34,402 nt of DNA from a virus (taxonomy: Duplodnaviria; Caudoviricetes), in the IMG/VR virus record IMGVR_UViG_3300043218_000071, positions 1 through 34,402 of that record; one strand, 5' to 3'. A program made the position numbers and the translations under genes. A model generated the notes under the pieces. The model was not told the DNA's origin and did no database searches. It saw only the letters and a list, made by a program, of their open reading frames with translations. Below are positions 8,569 to 18,627 of the stretch, one piece after another (within the stretch, counting starts at the first letter, position 1; each line of letters begins with the position of its first letter).

Positions 8569-9018
8569 TTATCCGTCGACCTCGCAGCTGTTCTGATCGT
8601 ATGCCTTTTCACCCATGGAAGTCGATCCCACAGCGTACGCATAAATATCGTCCATGAACTGAAGCGCTACGTAATACAGAGCTTTTCGTCCTAGTCTCCG
8701 ATACCAGTTCGGACCCTTCCGGACCCACTTTTTAACAGCGATTTTAATGTTCTCTTTGAACTCCGCTGTCGTTTCTTTAAAGCTCAAATTACCCGCGCAC
8801 TTCCCCAGGTGACAGCGCCAGTCGTGAAAAGGGACCGCTAGTTCCTGAAGGATGTCGTCCAGAGGCATTCGTTTTAAAAGCCACCGGATCGCCCGTTTAA
8901 TTTTTGTTTCCCCCGCGGGGCCTGTCCCGTTCGGTTCGTACCATTCACCACACCGGGGACAGTACCCCCCGGTAAGGTGTTTAAATATGAAATTTGTTAA
9001 GTGGTCCGTTCTCATCAT
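8569..9018 (-). CDS. Phospholipase A2-like / DUF1353-like protein
   Basis: NGTGP...HDW dyad...F..N...Y.YAV..GEKAY pattern; N-terminal CxxC. Confidence 0.5.
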   Translation of the reverse strand: MMRTDHLTNFIFKHLTGGYCPRCGEWYEPNGTGPAGETKIKRAIRWLLKRMPLDDILQELAVPFHDWRCHLGKCAGNLSFKETTAEFKENIKIAVKKWVRKGPNWYRRLGRKALYYVALQFMDDIYAYAVGSTSMGEKAYDQNSCEVDG

Positions 9019-9031
9019 AAACCTTTATTAA

Positions 9032-9934
9032 TTAATGTCCTGGTTGCCCTATCGCTGTTAAGTATGACTCGGAGAAAAATCCTTCGTCTACTAGCATGAT
9101 ATCAAATGTACCAAAAACCCCCATGTCTGTAGAGACTTCATGAGCGGTTAGTTTTATATCAGTTAGCCCAGGTATAACATCTGGGAAACTTCGTTCGTCC
9201 TGGTATACAGCGGAACCACCGCCAACCATGCATGTAATAGATTTTTTAATAGTAAATATTTTACCAAAACGTCTACTTAAATAATGCATATGGGCATGCT
9301 CTGCAAGTGATCCGACATTCCCCGAAACCTGTACACCAACTTCACCACGGTACAAAAACCCAACTTTACCTTTGGGTATGGTGTATATTGCCATAAGTGT
9401 TTGATTATGGCCGTTATCTATTAAGGCCCTGACATTTGCAGCCGATGGAACTCCCTCAGTAGGTGTTGCCTCCGTGTGACAATACAACATTCCCGTTATA
9501 TTAAGTCCCTCATCACTCACGTTCTGCATGCGGTATACGCGCCAAAGCGGAGTGCCTAATGCAACTACAACTTGACCAGTTGTTACCACTGACTGAACGA
9601 CCTCGTCACCGTTAATGTCAAGCCCGGTTATTTCTATAGTCTGACCAACATCTAAAATATCATTGCTGCTTACGTATGCGATCGGCGCTGTATCTACAGG
9701 ATCATAAACGTATTCCCCGCCGGCTTCCCATATATCAGCGGGGGTCGCGTCGTCCTCGACATTGTGATTCACGCCAAATTTATCAAGGGGTGAAAAGTTC
9801 GGAACTAGACCCATATTTACCGAAAGCTCGAAAGGTAGATTAGTATTCATAATACTGTACAAATCGTCGTTGTTTTTTGTGGCGGCGAGTTTTCTATCGG
9901 TTCCGAAACTGTCCTTAATTGAAATAGATTCCAT
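9032..9934 (-). CDS. Hypothetical beta-rich protein (300 aa), probably virion-associated
   Basis: AGGAG SD; long ORF in the late operon after the tail genes. Confidence 0.75.
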   Translation of the reverse strand: MESISIKDSFGTDRKLAATKNNDDLYSIMNTNLPFELSVNMGLVPNFSPLDKFGVNHNVEDDATPADIWEAGGEYVYDPVDTAPIAYVSSNDILDVGQTIEITGLDINGDEVVQSVVTTGQVVVALGTPLWRVYRMQNVSDEGLNITGMLYCHTEATPTEGVPSAANVRALIDNGHNQTLMAIYTIPKGKVGFLYRGEVGVQVSGNVGSLAEHAHMHYLSRRFGKIFTIKKSITCMVGGGSAVYQDERSFPDVIPGLTDIKLTAHEVSTDMGVFGTFDIMLVDEGFFSESYLTAIGQPGH

Positions 9935-9976
9935 TTATATTACTCCTGTTAAAATTGCTAAATACTCTGAGTTATG

Positions 9977-9998
9977 GGGGTCAGAAAAATCTAACCCC
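9977..9998 (-). other. Intergenic RNA hairpin without U tract
   Basis: GGGGUUAGA-UUUU-UCUGACCCC directly after the stop of the 322-aa gene; pairs fully only on the minus strand. Confidence 0.55.
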
Positions 9999-9999
9999 T

Positions 10000-10968
10000 C
10001 TATGACGGGGGGACGGGGCCGCCTCCCGGAACGGCTACACACGCGGTCCCCACTGTCCAATTATCCGATATTAAAGCCGCCGTCGGTGTTCCCGCGTCGG
10101 GTGTGAATACTTTTGTTACTAAGTCACGTTCGCCGATTAATAGCGGGCCGTTGTAGATTGGGCCTAGTAAAGGCTCCATTGAGCGGGGGAGATAGTAGTC
10201 CCAAAAGGTTATCGGTGCACCATCTGTGATAATACCTATGTTTCCATTCCCTGTTGAATCAGTAACAGTGCTTCCCGATCCCTCATTCAATGACCATGTG
10301 TAGAAAGGTGTAGTATTTACTTCTACGGACACGCCCCACAAATACCCGTTAATATTCCTATTTGAGTTTTGCGCACCCCACCGAGTCCAGTTTACGTTTG
10401 ACCCTTGGAGTCCTGTGATATCCAAAGTATCTACAAGAACATTATCGATTTTGAACTCGCATGAATTTCCGACCTTAACAACTTCCATGAAGTGCGCTGA
10501 ATTGTCGAATAAGTTCGGTACTTCTGCGAATATGCTAGGGGTAGTCGTACCGTCACCGACGTAAAAAGTACACCGAGCGTCTACCGTACCGTCATATCTT
10601 TCGAACGCCAGTACTCGCCCAAGTGCGTTATCCATTTTTAGTAAGCTCTCATATGTTGCACCCGTCCCCCTATGTTGGAACCAAAAGCAAAACATGAAAT
10701 CATCAGACACATCAAAATGAGCAGATGCATCTATATAGTCCCTCAGAGCCGTACTATCTTGGTTATCAAAATTCGCAATATACCTATCAAGGCTATCAAC
10801 CGGCGCGCCTAATGTCGGGACACCGTCGGTCAGTACAAAACCTATATTGAAATTACCGGACCCGTCGAAATATGTCGTAAAATTACAGTCGAGATTATAA
10901 GCCACGCCTCCGCCCATAATTACGCCCGATCCGATAAATGTGGACTCGCGCCCTTTTCGAACATTCAT
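10000..10968 (-). CDS. LamG / concanavalin A-like domain protein (putative adhesin or tail appendage)
   Basis: DFMFCFWF, LFDNSAHF, FKIDNVL, WGAQ...INGYL, WSLNEGSGSTVTDSTGNGN signature. Confidence 0.8.
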   Translation of the reverse strand: MNVRKGRESTFIGSGVIMGGGVAYNLDCNFTTYFDGSGNFNIGFVLTDGVPTLGAPVDSLDRYIANFDNQDSTALRDYIDASAHFDVSDDFMFCFWFQHRGTGATYESLLKMDNALGRVLAFERYDGTVDARCTFYVGDGTTTPSIFAEVPNLFDNSAHFMEVVKVGNSCEFKIDNVLVDTLDITGLQGSNVNWTRWGAQNSNRNINGYLWGVSVEVNTTPFYTWSLNEGSGSTVTDSTGNGNIGIITDGAPITFWDYYLPRSMEPLLGPIYNGPLLIGERDLVTKVFTPDAGTPTAALISDNWTVGTACVAVPGGGPVPPS

Positions 10969-10972
10969 AAAA

Positions 10973-11251
10973 TTACCGTGTTAATTGAACGAACAGATTT
11001 TCTTCCCCGGAAGGTCCCGCGCCGAGCACAGTTTTCGCAGTGATCAAACCGGTACACTCGAAATCCTGAAGGAAGTTGTCCCCAGGCTTCGCGATAAAGT
11101 CCGCACCTGTTCCGAAACTGAGGACTATATCGACAGCTTTTTCATTGAAAACGCGGATCTTCGTGAACGATAAACCTGGAAAATTGATTATCACGTCCCC
11201 GGCTTCTGTGATAATTGTCGTCGCATTATAATTTTTGACTCTAACTGACAT
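10973..11251 (-). CDS. Small all-beta hypothetical virion protein (92 aa)
   Basis: AGGAG SD; alternating hydrophobic strand pattern; late-operon position. Confidence 0.7.
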   Translation of the reverse strand: MSVRVKNYNATTIITEAGDVIINFPGLSFTKIRVFNEKAVDIVLSFGTGADFIAKPGDNFLQDFECTGLITAKTVLGAGPSGEENLFVQLTR

Positions 11252-11319
11252 AATATGTCTCCTGTGTTACCTTAATATAATAAAATATTGTTTTGTAAAG
11301 GGTTAAATTGTTTTTGTTC

Positions 11320-12654
11320 TTATAGGTCGTACGCTATTGTCATACCGTTTTTAAAGTGTTTTTGACCACCCACGTCCATTTTTTCGGTTAGATAGGTCGG
11401 GTAGCTAAAGTAGGAACCTAACCCCGATGGTACGTTAAAGTTTTGGGTCACTCCACCTGAGTATAGCGTTATATTAGCCCCGTGTGAACTATCTATTAAT
11501 TTAAAGTCGCCAGAGCTATCTGTTCTGTATGCGTTTGTCGCCTCGAACACACCACCGCCAGCCCGTTCAACCATCGTAACATGATGGCCATCAAAAGTAT
11601 ATCTATAGTCTTCGTCTATATCGCCAGGTATATTAGCCCCACCGTAAGCTCTGTTGCTTTTTGCGTCAGTTCGTTTTGTTTCGTGGTTGAATATGTCGAA
11701 ACCATCAGAAGCGGAAGACGCGACCACGGCTTCGCGTATAACCCCGTCATACCCCGATAATAATTCGTTAGAGGACATTCTTATAGTCGCGTTTTTACTT
11801 GGGTCGATAAAATTAAACGTCGTGGAGCCTATAGGGTAACAGTTGAAACATTTGTACCCATGCAGAGCCGACGAAGCATCACACGAAGAGTCTGAAAAAG
11901 TATAATTGATGTCCGAGTCTAAACCACTTGGCACAAACGGACCGACACTTTTCGCCCACACATTCGCAGCTAGTTTCCCCTGTACATTTTGACCCGACCA
12001 CAGTTTAAAGGTGGATCTATCCGCTAGAATCGGCTCTGAGTAGTTGTTGACCTCATACTCAACGTCGACGTCGGGATACGTTACTATCTGCCCAATCTGA
12101 TTGTAATTCACTGTCGTCATTTGTAGCGAGTACTTATAGTCATTCGCGGGGACCCCGCCTATCGGAATAAAAAAGTTCCCGCCGGACTGGAAATTATCTG
12201 TAAAATTAAGGCTACAAAAGAACTTAATTTTTATGTCGTTTTCTTCGTCCTCCGTGGGGTAGCTGAAGACCTGTTGATCGTCGACGTATAATGTGTTCGC
12301 ATCCGCGTAAACGTTTTTAGACGACTTCACATAAATCGCTGTACTATTTTCGAGAGCGGGGCCTTTATACCAAATATTGAACACATCCGTCGAGGACATG
12401 AGTTCCCGGTAATCGGCTTCTGTATACGCGGCGATAAAACCCACCCCCTGGGACAATGCCGAACTATTTATGTAGCTTTGCACTTCCGACCATGTTGGGA
12501 AAGAGTGTTCGACATTCGATTCGTCCACATAAACGAACCGGGTCCCATCGATCCCACCCGTCAAAAGTCGTACAATAAAAGCGTCCTGTGTAGGTAACAG
12601 ACCCGGGTCAGTCGGGTAAGCTGCTTCGATATTTCGTACTTGAAAATTAGACAT
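11320..12654 (-). CDS. Putative tail fibre / receptor-binding protein (444 aa)
   Basis: Follows the large tail-tip gene; G/S/N/T rich; no catalytic motif recognised. Confidence 0.6.
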   Translation of the reverse strand: MSNFQVRNIEAAYPTDPGLLPTQDAFIVRLLTGGIDGTRFVYVDESNVEHSFPTWSEVQSYINSSALSQGVGFIAAYTEADYRELMSSTDVFNIWYKGPALENSTAIYVKSSKNVYADANTLYVDDQQVFSYPTEDEENDIKIKFFCSLNFTDNFQSGGNFFIPIGGVPANDYKYSLQMTTVNYNQIGQIVTYPDVDVEYEVNNYSEPILADRSTFKLWSGQNVQGKLAANVWAKSVGPFVPSGLDSDINYTFSDSSCDASSALHGYKCFNCYPIGSTTFNFIDPSKNATIRMSSNELLSGYDGVIREAVVASSASDGFDIFNHETKRTDAKSNRAYGGANIPGDIDEDYRYTFDGHHVTMVERAGGGVFEATNAYRTDSSGDFKLIDSSHGANITLYSGGVTQNFNVPSGLGSYFSYPTYLTEKMDVGGQKHFKNGMTIAYDL

Positions 12655-12656
12655 AT

Positions 12657-15335
12657 TTAGTTCCTTCCGTCACTGTTTTGGATCACGTCGTCCGCCGGGT
12701 TGTTCGTGTTCTGAATCACTGGTAATGTGTTGTCCGCTGTGTTCTGTATTATATTTATTTGTTCTAAATACGGGTCCAGAGCGGACACATCTAAAAATAA
12801 TTTAAATATAATCGTTTGTGTCTTATAATCGATCGTCCGATCAATAACCCACCCGCGACGCTGAAGGTCCCCGGTAAAGTCCCCTTTTACGCCTATAAAG
12901 TCCATGAGGCCAATTCCCAGGTAGAAATCGGAGAGAGGAAAAGGGGGTAAAACGACCGTCTCTTTTTCTCTGTTTATTAGCGATAACTGGTTCCGTAGCC
13001 ACGTCAGCGCCTCAGTCACAGACCCGAAGTCAGCATGCAGCCACTTTAATTCGATTTCTGTCTGGGCTTCCCGGCGCGTTCTTAGGTATCCGGGGCGGGC
13101 CATTTGCCACACTTCGCGGCATAGGGTTTCGTTATTGTTCGGGTCGTCGAAGACTCCGTCGATAAAGTCCCGATTATATTCGAATTCAGAAGCGGACGTG
13201 TTCTTCACAGTGATCTCGTTCAGGAACTTCCCTTCCGCTTCGCTATAATCGAACCGCACTGTCGCACCGCTCGCTATTTTACTGGTATTCGTCCGTTTTA
13301 TCTCTGGTTCATTTTCGCCCCAGTTATCCGCCGTCAGGTTTACCGTGGGGGTAGTCCCCCCGCCGAAAACGAGACTATCGGAAAGCCAATTCCGGAGAAT
13401 GAAAACGCCGTCCTTCCCTTCAATAAGTGCTAAATGATGGGTGTATAAAAGCGCGTTAAGTTCTTTTATCGCGTCCACGGTTACGAGCTGTCGGGCCGGG
13501 TTCCGTATAGTCACACCAGGGAACCTTCCGAAATCCGCGTCCGCTTTGTCGAAGCTCACCTGGTCAATCCGAGAGGGGGGAAAACCCATTAAGTCGACCA
13601 GGTAGAATTTAACCGTCTCCCCTGGGGTCTTAAATTTCCCGGACTCTGTTTCCGCCAGTGTTAAATAATTCTCCCCGTAACATCCGACCGCAAGTGTGTT
13701 GACGTCGACCACCTCGAAAGCGTTCGAAGATGCATATTCGCCCGAAGGGATTCCGAAATTAGTCAGTAACTCCGCGACGTTCGCCGGACCGACGAATCCG
13801 AGCCGTAGTTCCATTCCTATCGAATCATAAAAGGAACCCACTTCAGATTTTCCGTCGAATGTGTATCTTTTGAGTTCTTCCCGCCAGTTCGGAAAGGACA
13901 CAGTCAGGTCACGATAGTTGATCCCGCCTTCTTCATACTCTACGAATGAAAAAGCGGCTTTTTTTATTTGTCCTGACTTAACGAGATCAACCGAGACAGA
14001 GAGCGCCGATAGTCCGGTAATATTTCCGGTCACGGTGTAATTTATGGCTCCATCGTACCCGATTACAGGGTTAAAAGATCCGAGAGCGTCGTTCGAAAAC
14101 TTCGTTATAGTGAAACTGGGCGGGAGTAGGTACGATTCGTCGTAACGGGTCGCTTTATCGAATATCGTTTTAAACGATGCCGGGTCTAGCGCCAATTTAT
14201 ACCAGAGAACATTCCCGACCACATACGAAGCGATACGTCGATATGTTGCGACAACGTCTTCACTGGATTCGGAGCGCGCGGATTTTTCCCCCTGGACGTC
14301 CAGAATATAGACACCCGTCGACCCTTCTTCTTCCGGGTTCCCTGGGGTTTTTGTTGACGGGTCAAAATTTGATATAAAGGTATATCCGCCGTCTGTCTCG
14401 ATTTTACGCGGGGATAATCCGCGCGACACGCCCGTTCTAAGACGGGAATAGTCTTTCGCGTATGATAGATATAGTTTTTGTGCTAGGACTGAACAGATAA
14501 CGGGGTCTTCCCTTTGGTCCTGGTCTGATAGCCCGGTCGCGGATATGGTTATCCAAAGAGCCGCAGTCCCGTCGAAGATCCCCAGTTCTGACGTCCGAGT
14601 TACCGCGTAGCTGTTCCCGGCGTCCGGTCCTGTGAGTATCTTAAGAACCAGGGAAAAACCTTCTGCTTCGAGTGCGTCAAGCTGCGCGAGTATCGCCTGA
14701 ACTTCGGCCGATGTTTTTCCCGGTGGGAAGTACTCGACTATCTGAAGCGTGTCGTCAGCGCTCGATTCGACAGGACTATCGCCAATAAAAGAAGGGAGGA
14801 AAACGTCCTTCCCTGGTATTATCTGGGCAGGTTCCCCGACTGTACGTATATACGAGGCTTTCGCGTTTGAGAGCTGCCCCACGGTCCTTGGGACTTCCTT
14901 CGTCCCTATGGTATCAAAGTTCGCTTTTAGGCTTTCTATGGCTTTAAAATCGGCCGTTAAGTCGTTCGAACTGGGGAACCCCTGAAGGATTCCGGACCAT
15001 TCCTGGACGTATCCCGAACCGCCTCCGGTATCGATATAATATTTAACGACTAAACCCGTTGCGAATGCGCCGTCTGTCAACAGCTGACCGATCAATTCAA
15101 GGTTCAAAACCTTCCATGTGTGGAGGTATCCGCCAGAAGAATTCCCGCCGTTCGCGACATTCATGGACTGTTTAGCCTGGTTACAATTTACCAGGATAAT
15201 CCCGTCTGTCGATTCCATAGTCCAGAGGCCATTTATGATACCGAATTCCGGGGCGTTATATAGAAGAAAATCGACCCCCGCTCGCATGTCGAGGATTTCG
15301 ATTTTGTACTTAGTCTTTACATTAAAAGCTACCAT
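12657..15335 (-). CDS. Large tail-tip / baseplate hub protein (892 aa)
   Basis: Second gene after the tape measure; size and beta-rich composition. Confidence 0.7.
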   Translation of the reverse strand: MVAFNVKTKYKIEILDMRAGVDFLLYNAPEFGIINGLWTMESTDGIILVNCNQAKQSMNVANGGNSSGGYLHTWKVLNLELIGQLLTDGAFATGLVVKYYIDTGGGSGYVQEWSGILQGFPSSNDLTADFKAIESLKANFDTIGTKEVPRTVGQLSNAKASYIRTVGEPAQIIPGKDVFLPSFIGDSPVESSADDTLQIVEYFPPGKTSAEVQAILAQLDALEAEGFSLVLKILTGPDAGNSYAVTRTSELGIFDGTAALWITISATGLSDQDQREDPVICSVLAQKLYLSYAKDYSRLRTGVSRGLSPRKIETDGGYTFISNFDPSTKTPGNPEEEGSTGVYILDVQGEKSARSESSEDVVATYRRIASYVVGNVLWYKLALDPASFKTIFDKATRYDESYLLPPSFTITKFSNDALGSFNPVIGYDGAINYTVTGNITGLSALSVSVDLVKSGQIKKAAFSFVEYEEGGINYRDLTVSFPNWREELKRYTFDGKSEVGSFYDSIGMELRLGFVGPANVAELLTNFGIPSGEYASSNAFEVVDVNTLAVGCYGENYLTLAETESGKFKTPGETVKFYLVDLMGFPPSRIDQVSFDKADADFGRFPGVTIRNPARQLVTVDAIKELNALLYTHHLALIEGKDGVFILRNWLSDSLVFGGGTTPTVNLTADNWGENEPEIKRTNTSKIASGATVRFDYSEAEGKFLNEITVKNTSASEFEYNRDFIDGVFDDPNNNETLCREVWQMARPGYLRTRREAQTEIELKWLHADFGSVTEALTWLRNQLSLINREKETVVLPPFPLSDFYLGIGLMDFIGVKGDFTGDLQRRGWVIDRTIDYKTQTIIFKLFLDVSALDPYLEQINIIQNTADNTLPVIQNTNNPADDVIQNSDGRN

Positions 15336-16096
15336 TAATTAACCCTCTGGGCTGTCAAACGTACCTCGTACAAGTTATATTTTTTCCGCTTCATTGAGAA
15401 GGCGGTAAATTTTACAGAGGTAGAATTCGAGGTAAAAAACAGGGTTAAACAGTCGGAGGTCTCCAAAGTGTACGGGGTCGCCCTCTGGGTTCTCATAAAC
15501 TTTTGAATCTGTGCAGCCTGGTCGCGTGTCTGGCGAACTGTAAAGGAAACCTTTTCGACCTTCACATTATCACCTGAAGAGTCGACCCTCTGGGCGACAC
15601 CATAGTCGGTATTATTTGCAGAGATAAAGGTCGACGGGGCCTTCGAGAATTCCCTGTCTATCGGAAATTGATATCGAAGAGTCGGTAATCCGGCCGGGAT
15701 TTCCGCCCTATAAGTTAACGGACCGACGACCTGGACACGGAGAGCTATCCCGGCCGTCAGTATGTCCGTTTTTCTGTAGTTTAAAGGGTCTCTGAGGACG
15801 TTACACAGAATGGGGGACGAATAATCCACAGCGGGTCCGAAGACCTCAGCGGCGCGGTCCACGGTCAAAGATACCTGTCCGTTATGGTCCCAAAGTTCTT
15901 CCGCGAGCGCTTCAATGTTCACGCTGTCCCCTGGTATGCTGAACGAAGAGGAATGTTTATCCGCCTGTTCACCTTTGTCGCGTTCCTTCAGGGTCCCCTC
16001 GGATAATGTTTGGTATTTAATGGCTCGCGTAATGAGGGGAGAGAACCCCACTTTTACGTCGATACTGGTCTGAACCCCTCCGATGTCGATTATCAT
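15335..16096 (-). CDS. Distal tail (Dit-like) protein
   Basis: Immediately after the tape measure with ATGA overlap; two similarly patterned halves. Confidence 0.6.
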   Translation of the reverse strand: MIIDIGGVQTSIDVKVGFSPLITRAIKYQTLSEGTLKERDKGEQADKHSSSFSIPGDSVNIEALAEELWDHNGQVSLTVDRAAEVFGPAVDYSSPILCNVLRDPLNYRKTDILTAGIALRVQVVGPLTYRAEIPAGLPTLRYQFPIDREFSKAPSTFISANNTDYGVAQRVDSSGDNVKVEKVSFTVRQTRDQAAQIQKFMRTQRATPYTLETSDCLTLFFTSNSTSVKFTAFSMKRKKYNLYEVRLTAQRVN

Positions 16097-18222
16097 GCAA
16101 ACCCCGGAGTGAAGTTCCGATCTTTCGCGACCTGAATCGCATCGATTGTGAGCTGCGCCAGTTCGTCGATATTAGCCGTAACCATGTGGAATGTCTGTTG
16201 TATAATTGTCTGTGGTCCCGAAGCCCTGTCCGCGAGTTCTTCGTTTGAGATCCCTCCGAGTGCCTGGTTCGTTTGAGCATCGACCACGCGTTCCCCTACG
16301 CTGAGACGGGCCGAAATGCTGTCGCTAGTCGACGACCCTGGACCCTCGACGAATTCGGTTCCGTTCCTGAAGCCTTTCTGTTTTCTGATATTGTTCACCT
16401 GGGCCAAACCAGAAACGAGCATAGTTCCACCGGTTAAGAGTCCCGCGATACCACCCTGGGCGTATGCTTTTGTTACACCCTGAAATGTATTTATAAGTGC
16501 TGAAGCGATCGCAGCCTCTTTAGACTTCCCGAAAAGGGACTGTCCTAGACCGATTAACGCCTGGGTAAGACCAATCGCACCGTCAAGGGCTGCGCGGTTT
16601 TTGATCTTATCGCGCGCCATGTCTGCGTCGTCGAATTTTTTATTTATGGCTTCGCGTTTTACTTTTTCATTCTTTTCGATCTGTGTGAGTGCGGCTTCCT
16701 GGACCACTTTATCTTCGAGCTGTTTAATAGCTGCGAGTTCCTTTTGATCTGTCTCGAATTGGAGTTCCAGGAGAGCACGTTCGCGACCTTCAGTCCCCAG
16801 GAGGGCCGTTTCTTCCGCGAGGGATTTCGCGAATTCCGCTGTTTTTAAACTCGTTTCGAGTTCTTTATTTTTAAGATCGATAACCTTTATTATAGAATCC
16901 GCGAGAACCTGGTTCGCTGTTGCCTGGTCCACTGTTGACGCTGTTTCTTCTTCCGTCACGACGACGGCTTCTTTCTGCGCTCCTGTTAAGGTTTTTAACC
17001 CTTCGATCTGTGCTTCGAGTATCAGTATGTTCTGTTTACTTACTTCGGCCGCGCCTTTATACGCGTCTTTCGTATGAAGAAGGGCGCCAGATTGGAGCAA
17101 AAGTCCCGCGGTAAGCGCGTTCTGTTCTTCCAGGTTTACGTCGATAGCTGACGTGTACAGCTGCACATTCTGCGCCAGTCCCGCGTACGCTTCTTTAAGC
17201 TCTTTCTGTTTGTCCTTCAGGGTCGCCGGGGCGATCGCTTCTTCTAGTTCTTTTTTCTGTTTCCGGAGAGCTTCGCTTCGTTTCTCAAATAATCCCGCGT
17301 CAGTTCCTAGTTCAGCGCTCGATTTTAGAAGGGCCTCGTTTCTCTTCAGCTCTTTGTTAATGTCTTCGAGTTCGTCCCGGACCTTTTCGACAGATGTCGA
17401 GTCCCAGGCGGCGTTAATTTCACCCCCTAGGGATATAAGTCCGGATATCGAATCTTTGTACAGTTCGAAGATCCCTGTCTCGACAGCGACGGTTCTTCCT
17501 ATGCCTGTCAATACGTCTGATAATGTGCTTTCCAGGCCGCCCGCGGTTTCGGATAACTTCGCCATTCCGCCGGAGTTCTTTTCGAGTTCCGTCCGGAGCA
17601 CTTCCCAGGCTTCTTTACCTTTCGCCTGTTTTTGGAGAGCTTCAATTTTGTTTCTGGTTTCGCCACTGATTAAACCGAGTTCCTGAAGGCGGGAAATAGG
17701 TTCCCCGACAGCTCGATTCGACAGCAATCCGGAAGAGGCACGTCCCAGGGACACAGCCAATTCGTCGATAGGAACTCCCGCGATCGCTGCGGCGTCTCCG
17801 ACTAAACGAAGACCGTCTCCGGTGCTCAGTAATTCACCGGTTAAACTCTGTAATATTTTGGAGGCTTTCGCGATCCCTCCCAGTTCGAAAGGGGTCGTCG
17901 CTGCGAAGTCCGCGAGTTCGGAGAAACGTTCCTGGGCGGCACCCGCAGAGCCTAAAAGGGTCTCGAATTGGGTCTGAACCTTTTCGGCTTCTTTTTGAGC
18001 ATTTATTGAGAATTTCGCGATTCCGATAAGAGTCGCAGCACCCGCGGCCGCCAGAGCTGAGATAGCGATCGTGGAACCAGATATCGAACTGGTCAGATCG
18101 TCGAAATCGTCTTCGGCTTTATCAGTGGTTTTATCGACCACCTTTCCAAACTGTTTAACTTCCTTGATAGCCCCCTTATTATCGAGGACTAATTCAATAC
18201 CGATCTTATCTTCGTCTGCCAT
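16093..18222 (-). CDS. Tail tape measure protein
   Basis: FETLLGS...FAATTPFEL tape-measure domain; long coiled coil; C-terminal GFRNG...GPGSSTSDSISARLSVGERVV. Confidence 0.93.
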   Translation of the reverse strand: MADEDKIGIELVLDNKGAIKEVKQFGKVVDKTTDKAEDDFDDLTSSISGSTIAISALAAAGAATLIGIAKFSINAQKEAEKVQTQFETLLGSAGAAQERFSELADFAATTPFELGGIAKASKILQSLTGELLSTGDGLRLVGDAAAIAGVPIDELAVSLGRASSGLLSNRAVGEPISRLQELGLISGETRNKIEALQKQAKGKEAWEVLRTELEKNSGGMAKLSETAGGLESTLSDVLTGIGRTVAVETGIFELYKDSISGLISLGGEINAAWDSTSVEKVRDELEDINKELKRNEALLKSSAELGTDAGLFEKRSEALRKQKKELEEAIAPATLKDKQKELKEAYAGLAQNVQLYTSAIDVNLEEQNALTAGLLLQSGALLHTKDAYKGAAEVSKQNILILEAQIEGLKTLTGAQKEAVVVTEEETASTVDQATANQVLADSIIKVIDLKNKELETSLKTAEFAKSLAEETALLGTEGRERALLELQFETDQKELAAIKQLEDKVVQEAALTQIEKNEKVKREAINKKFDDADMARDKIKNRAALDGAIGLTQALIGLGQSLFGKSKEAAIASALINTFQGVTKAYAQGGIAGLLTGGTMLVSGLAQVNNIRKQKGFRNGTEFVEGPGSSTSDSISARLSVGERVVDAQTNQALGGISNEELADRASGPQTIIQQTFHMVTANIDELAQLTIDAIQVAKDRNFTPGFA

Positions 18223-18613
18223 TTGTACGCGTTCCTCTCCCCAGGATATCCGAGGCTTTCGCGTTTAGTTCCTGAGCTTCCTTTTCGGACGATAGATTCT
18301 TATCGACGGCGCTTTTAAAATGGTCGAAATACAAAAAGAGTACTTTCGGCTGTTCAATCAAGCTCCCCGGATAGGGTAACGTCCCCCGGTTCTCGTATTC
18401 TTTATACAAGGTGTTAAAAATGTATGTTTCTTCGTCCAGGTAGAAATCCGGACACCTCTCCGGATATATCTTCCCTTTTTCGCAGTGTTTGCACCCTTCC
18501 GGGAGGTCACATCCGCAAAATATAAACCACTTTTTTTCAGCACTCGCGGCCGCACACCCCCACGGGTCCGACTCTTCGCCGTTGTCGTGGGAATGCGTCA
18601 TACCACAGACCAC
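18206..18613 (-). CDS. Tail assembly chaperone C-terminal extension (gpT-like), likely made by -1 frameshift
   Basis: Frame is open back to the slippery site at 18631-18637 in the -1 frame; no clear SD; LPYPGSLIEQP motif; directly precedes the tape measure. Confidence 0.8.
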   Translation of the reverse strand: MVCGMTHSHDNGEESDPWGCAAASAEKKWFIFCGCDLPEGCKHCEKGKIYPERCPDFYLDEETYIFNTLYKEYENRGTLPYPGSLIEQPKVLFLYFDHFKSAVDKNLSSEKEAQELNAKASDILGRGTRTNGRRR

Positions 18614-18627
18614 GGCCGCGAGTGCTT

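Noticed and set aside
11252-11319. Internal promoter in an AT-rich gap
   Set aside because: Best match TTTACA...TATATT has a 14-nt spacer, and no convincing motif is shared with the scaffold upstream region
9032-15335. Diversity-generating retroelement or invertible tail-fibre switch
   Set aside because: No reverse transcriptase or invertase; no TR/VR pair or flanking inverted repeats noticed (only an 11-bp ATATTAGCCCC repeat at 11471 and 11630)
18565-18611. Pseudoknot GGUCU/GGACC within the frameshift structure
   Set aside because: GGACC abuts the 3' arm of stem 2 with no linker, which is sterically implausible; only 5 bp
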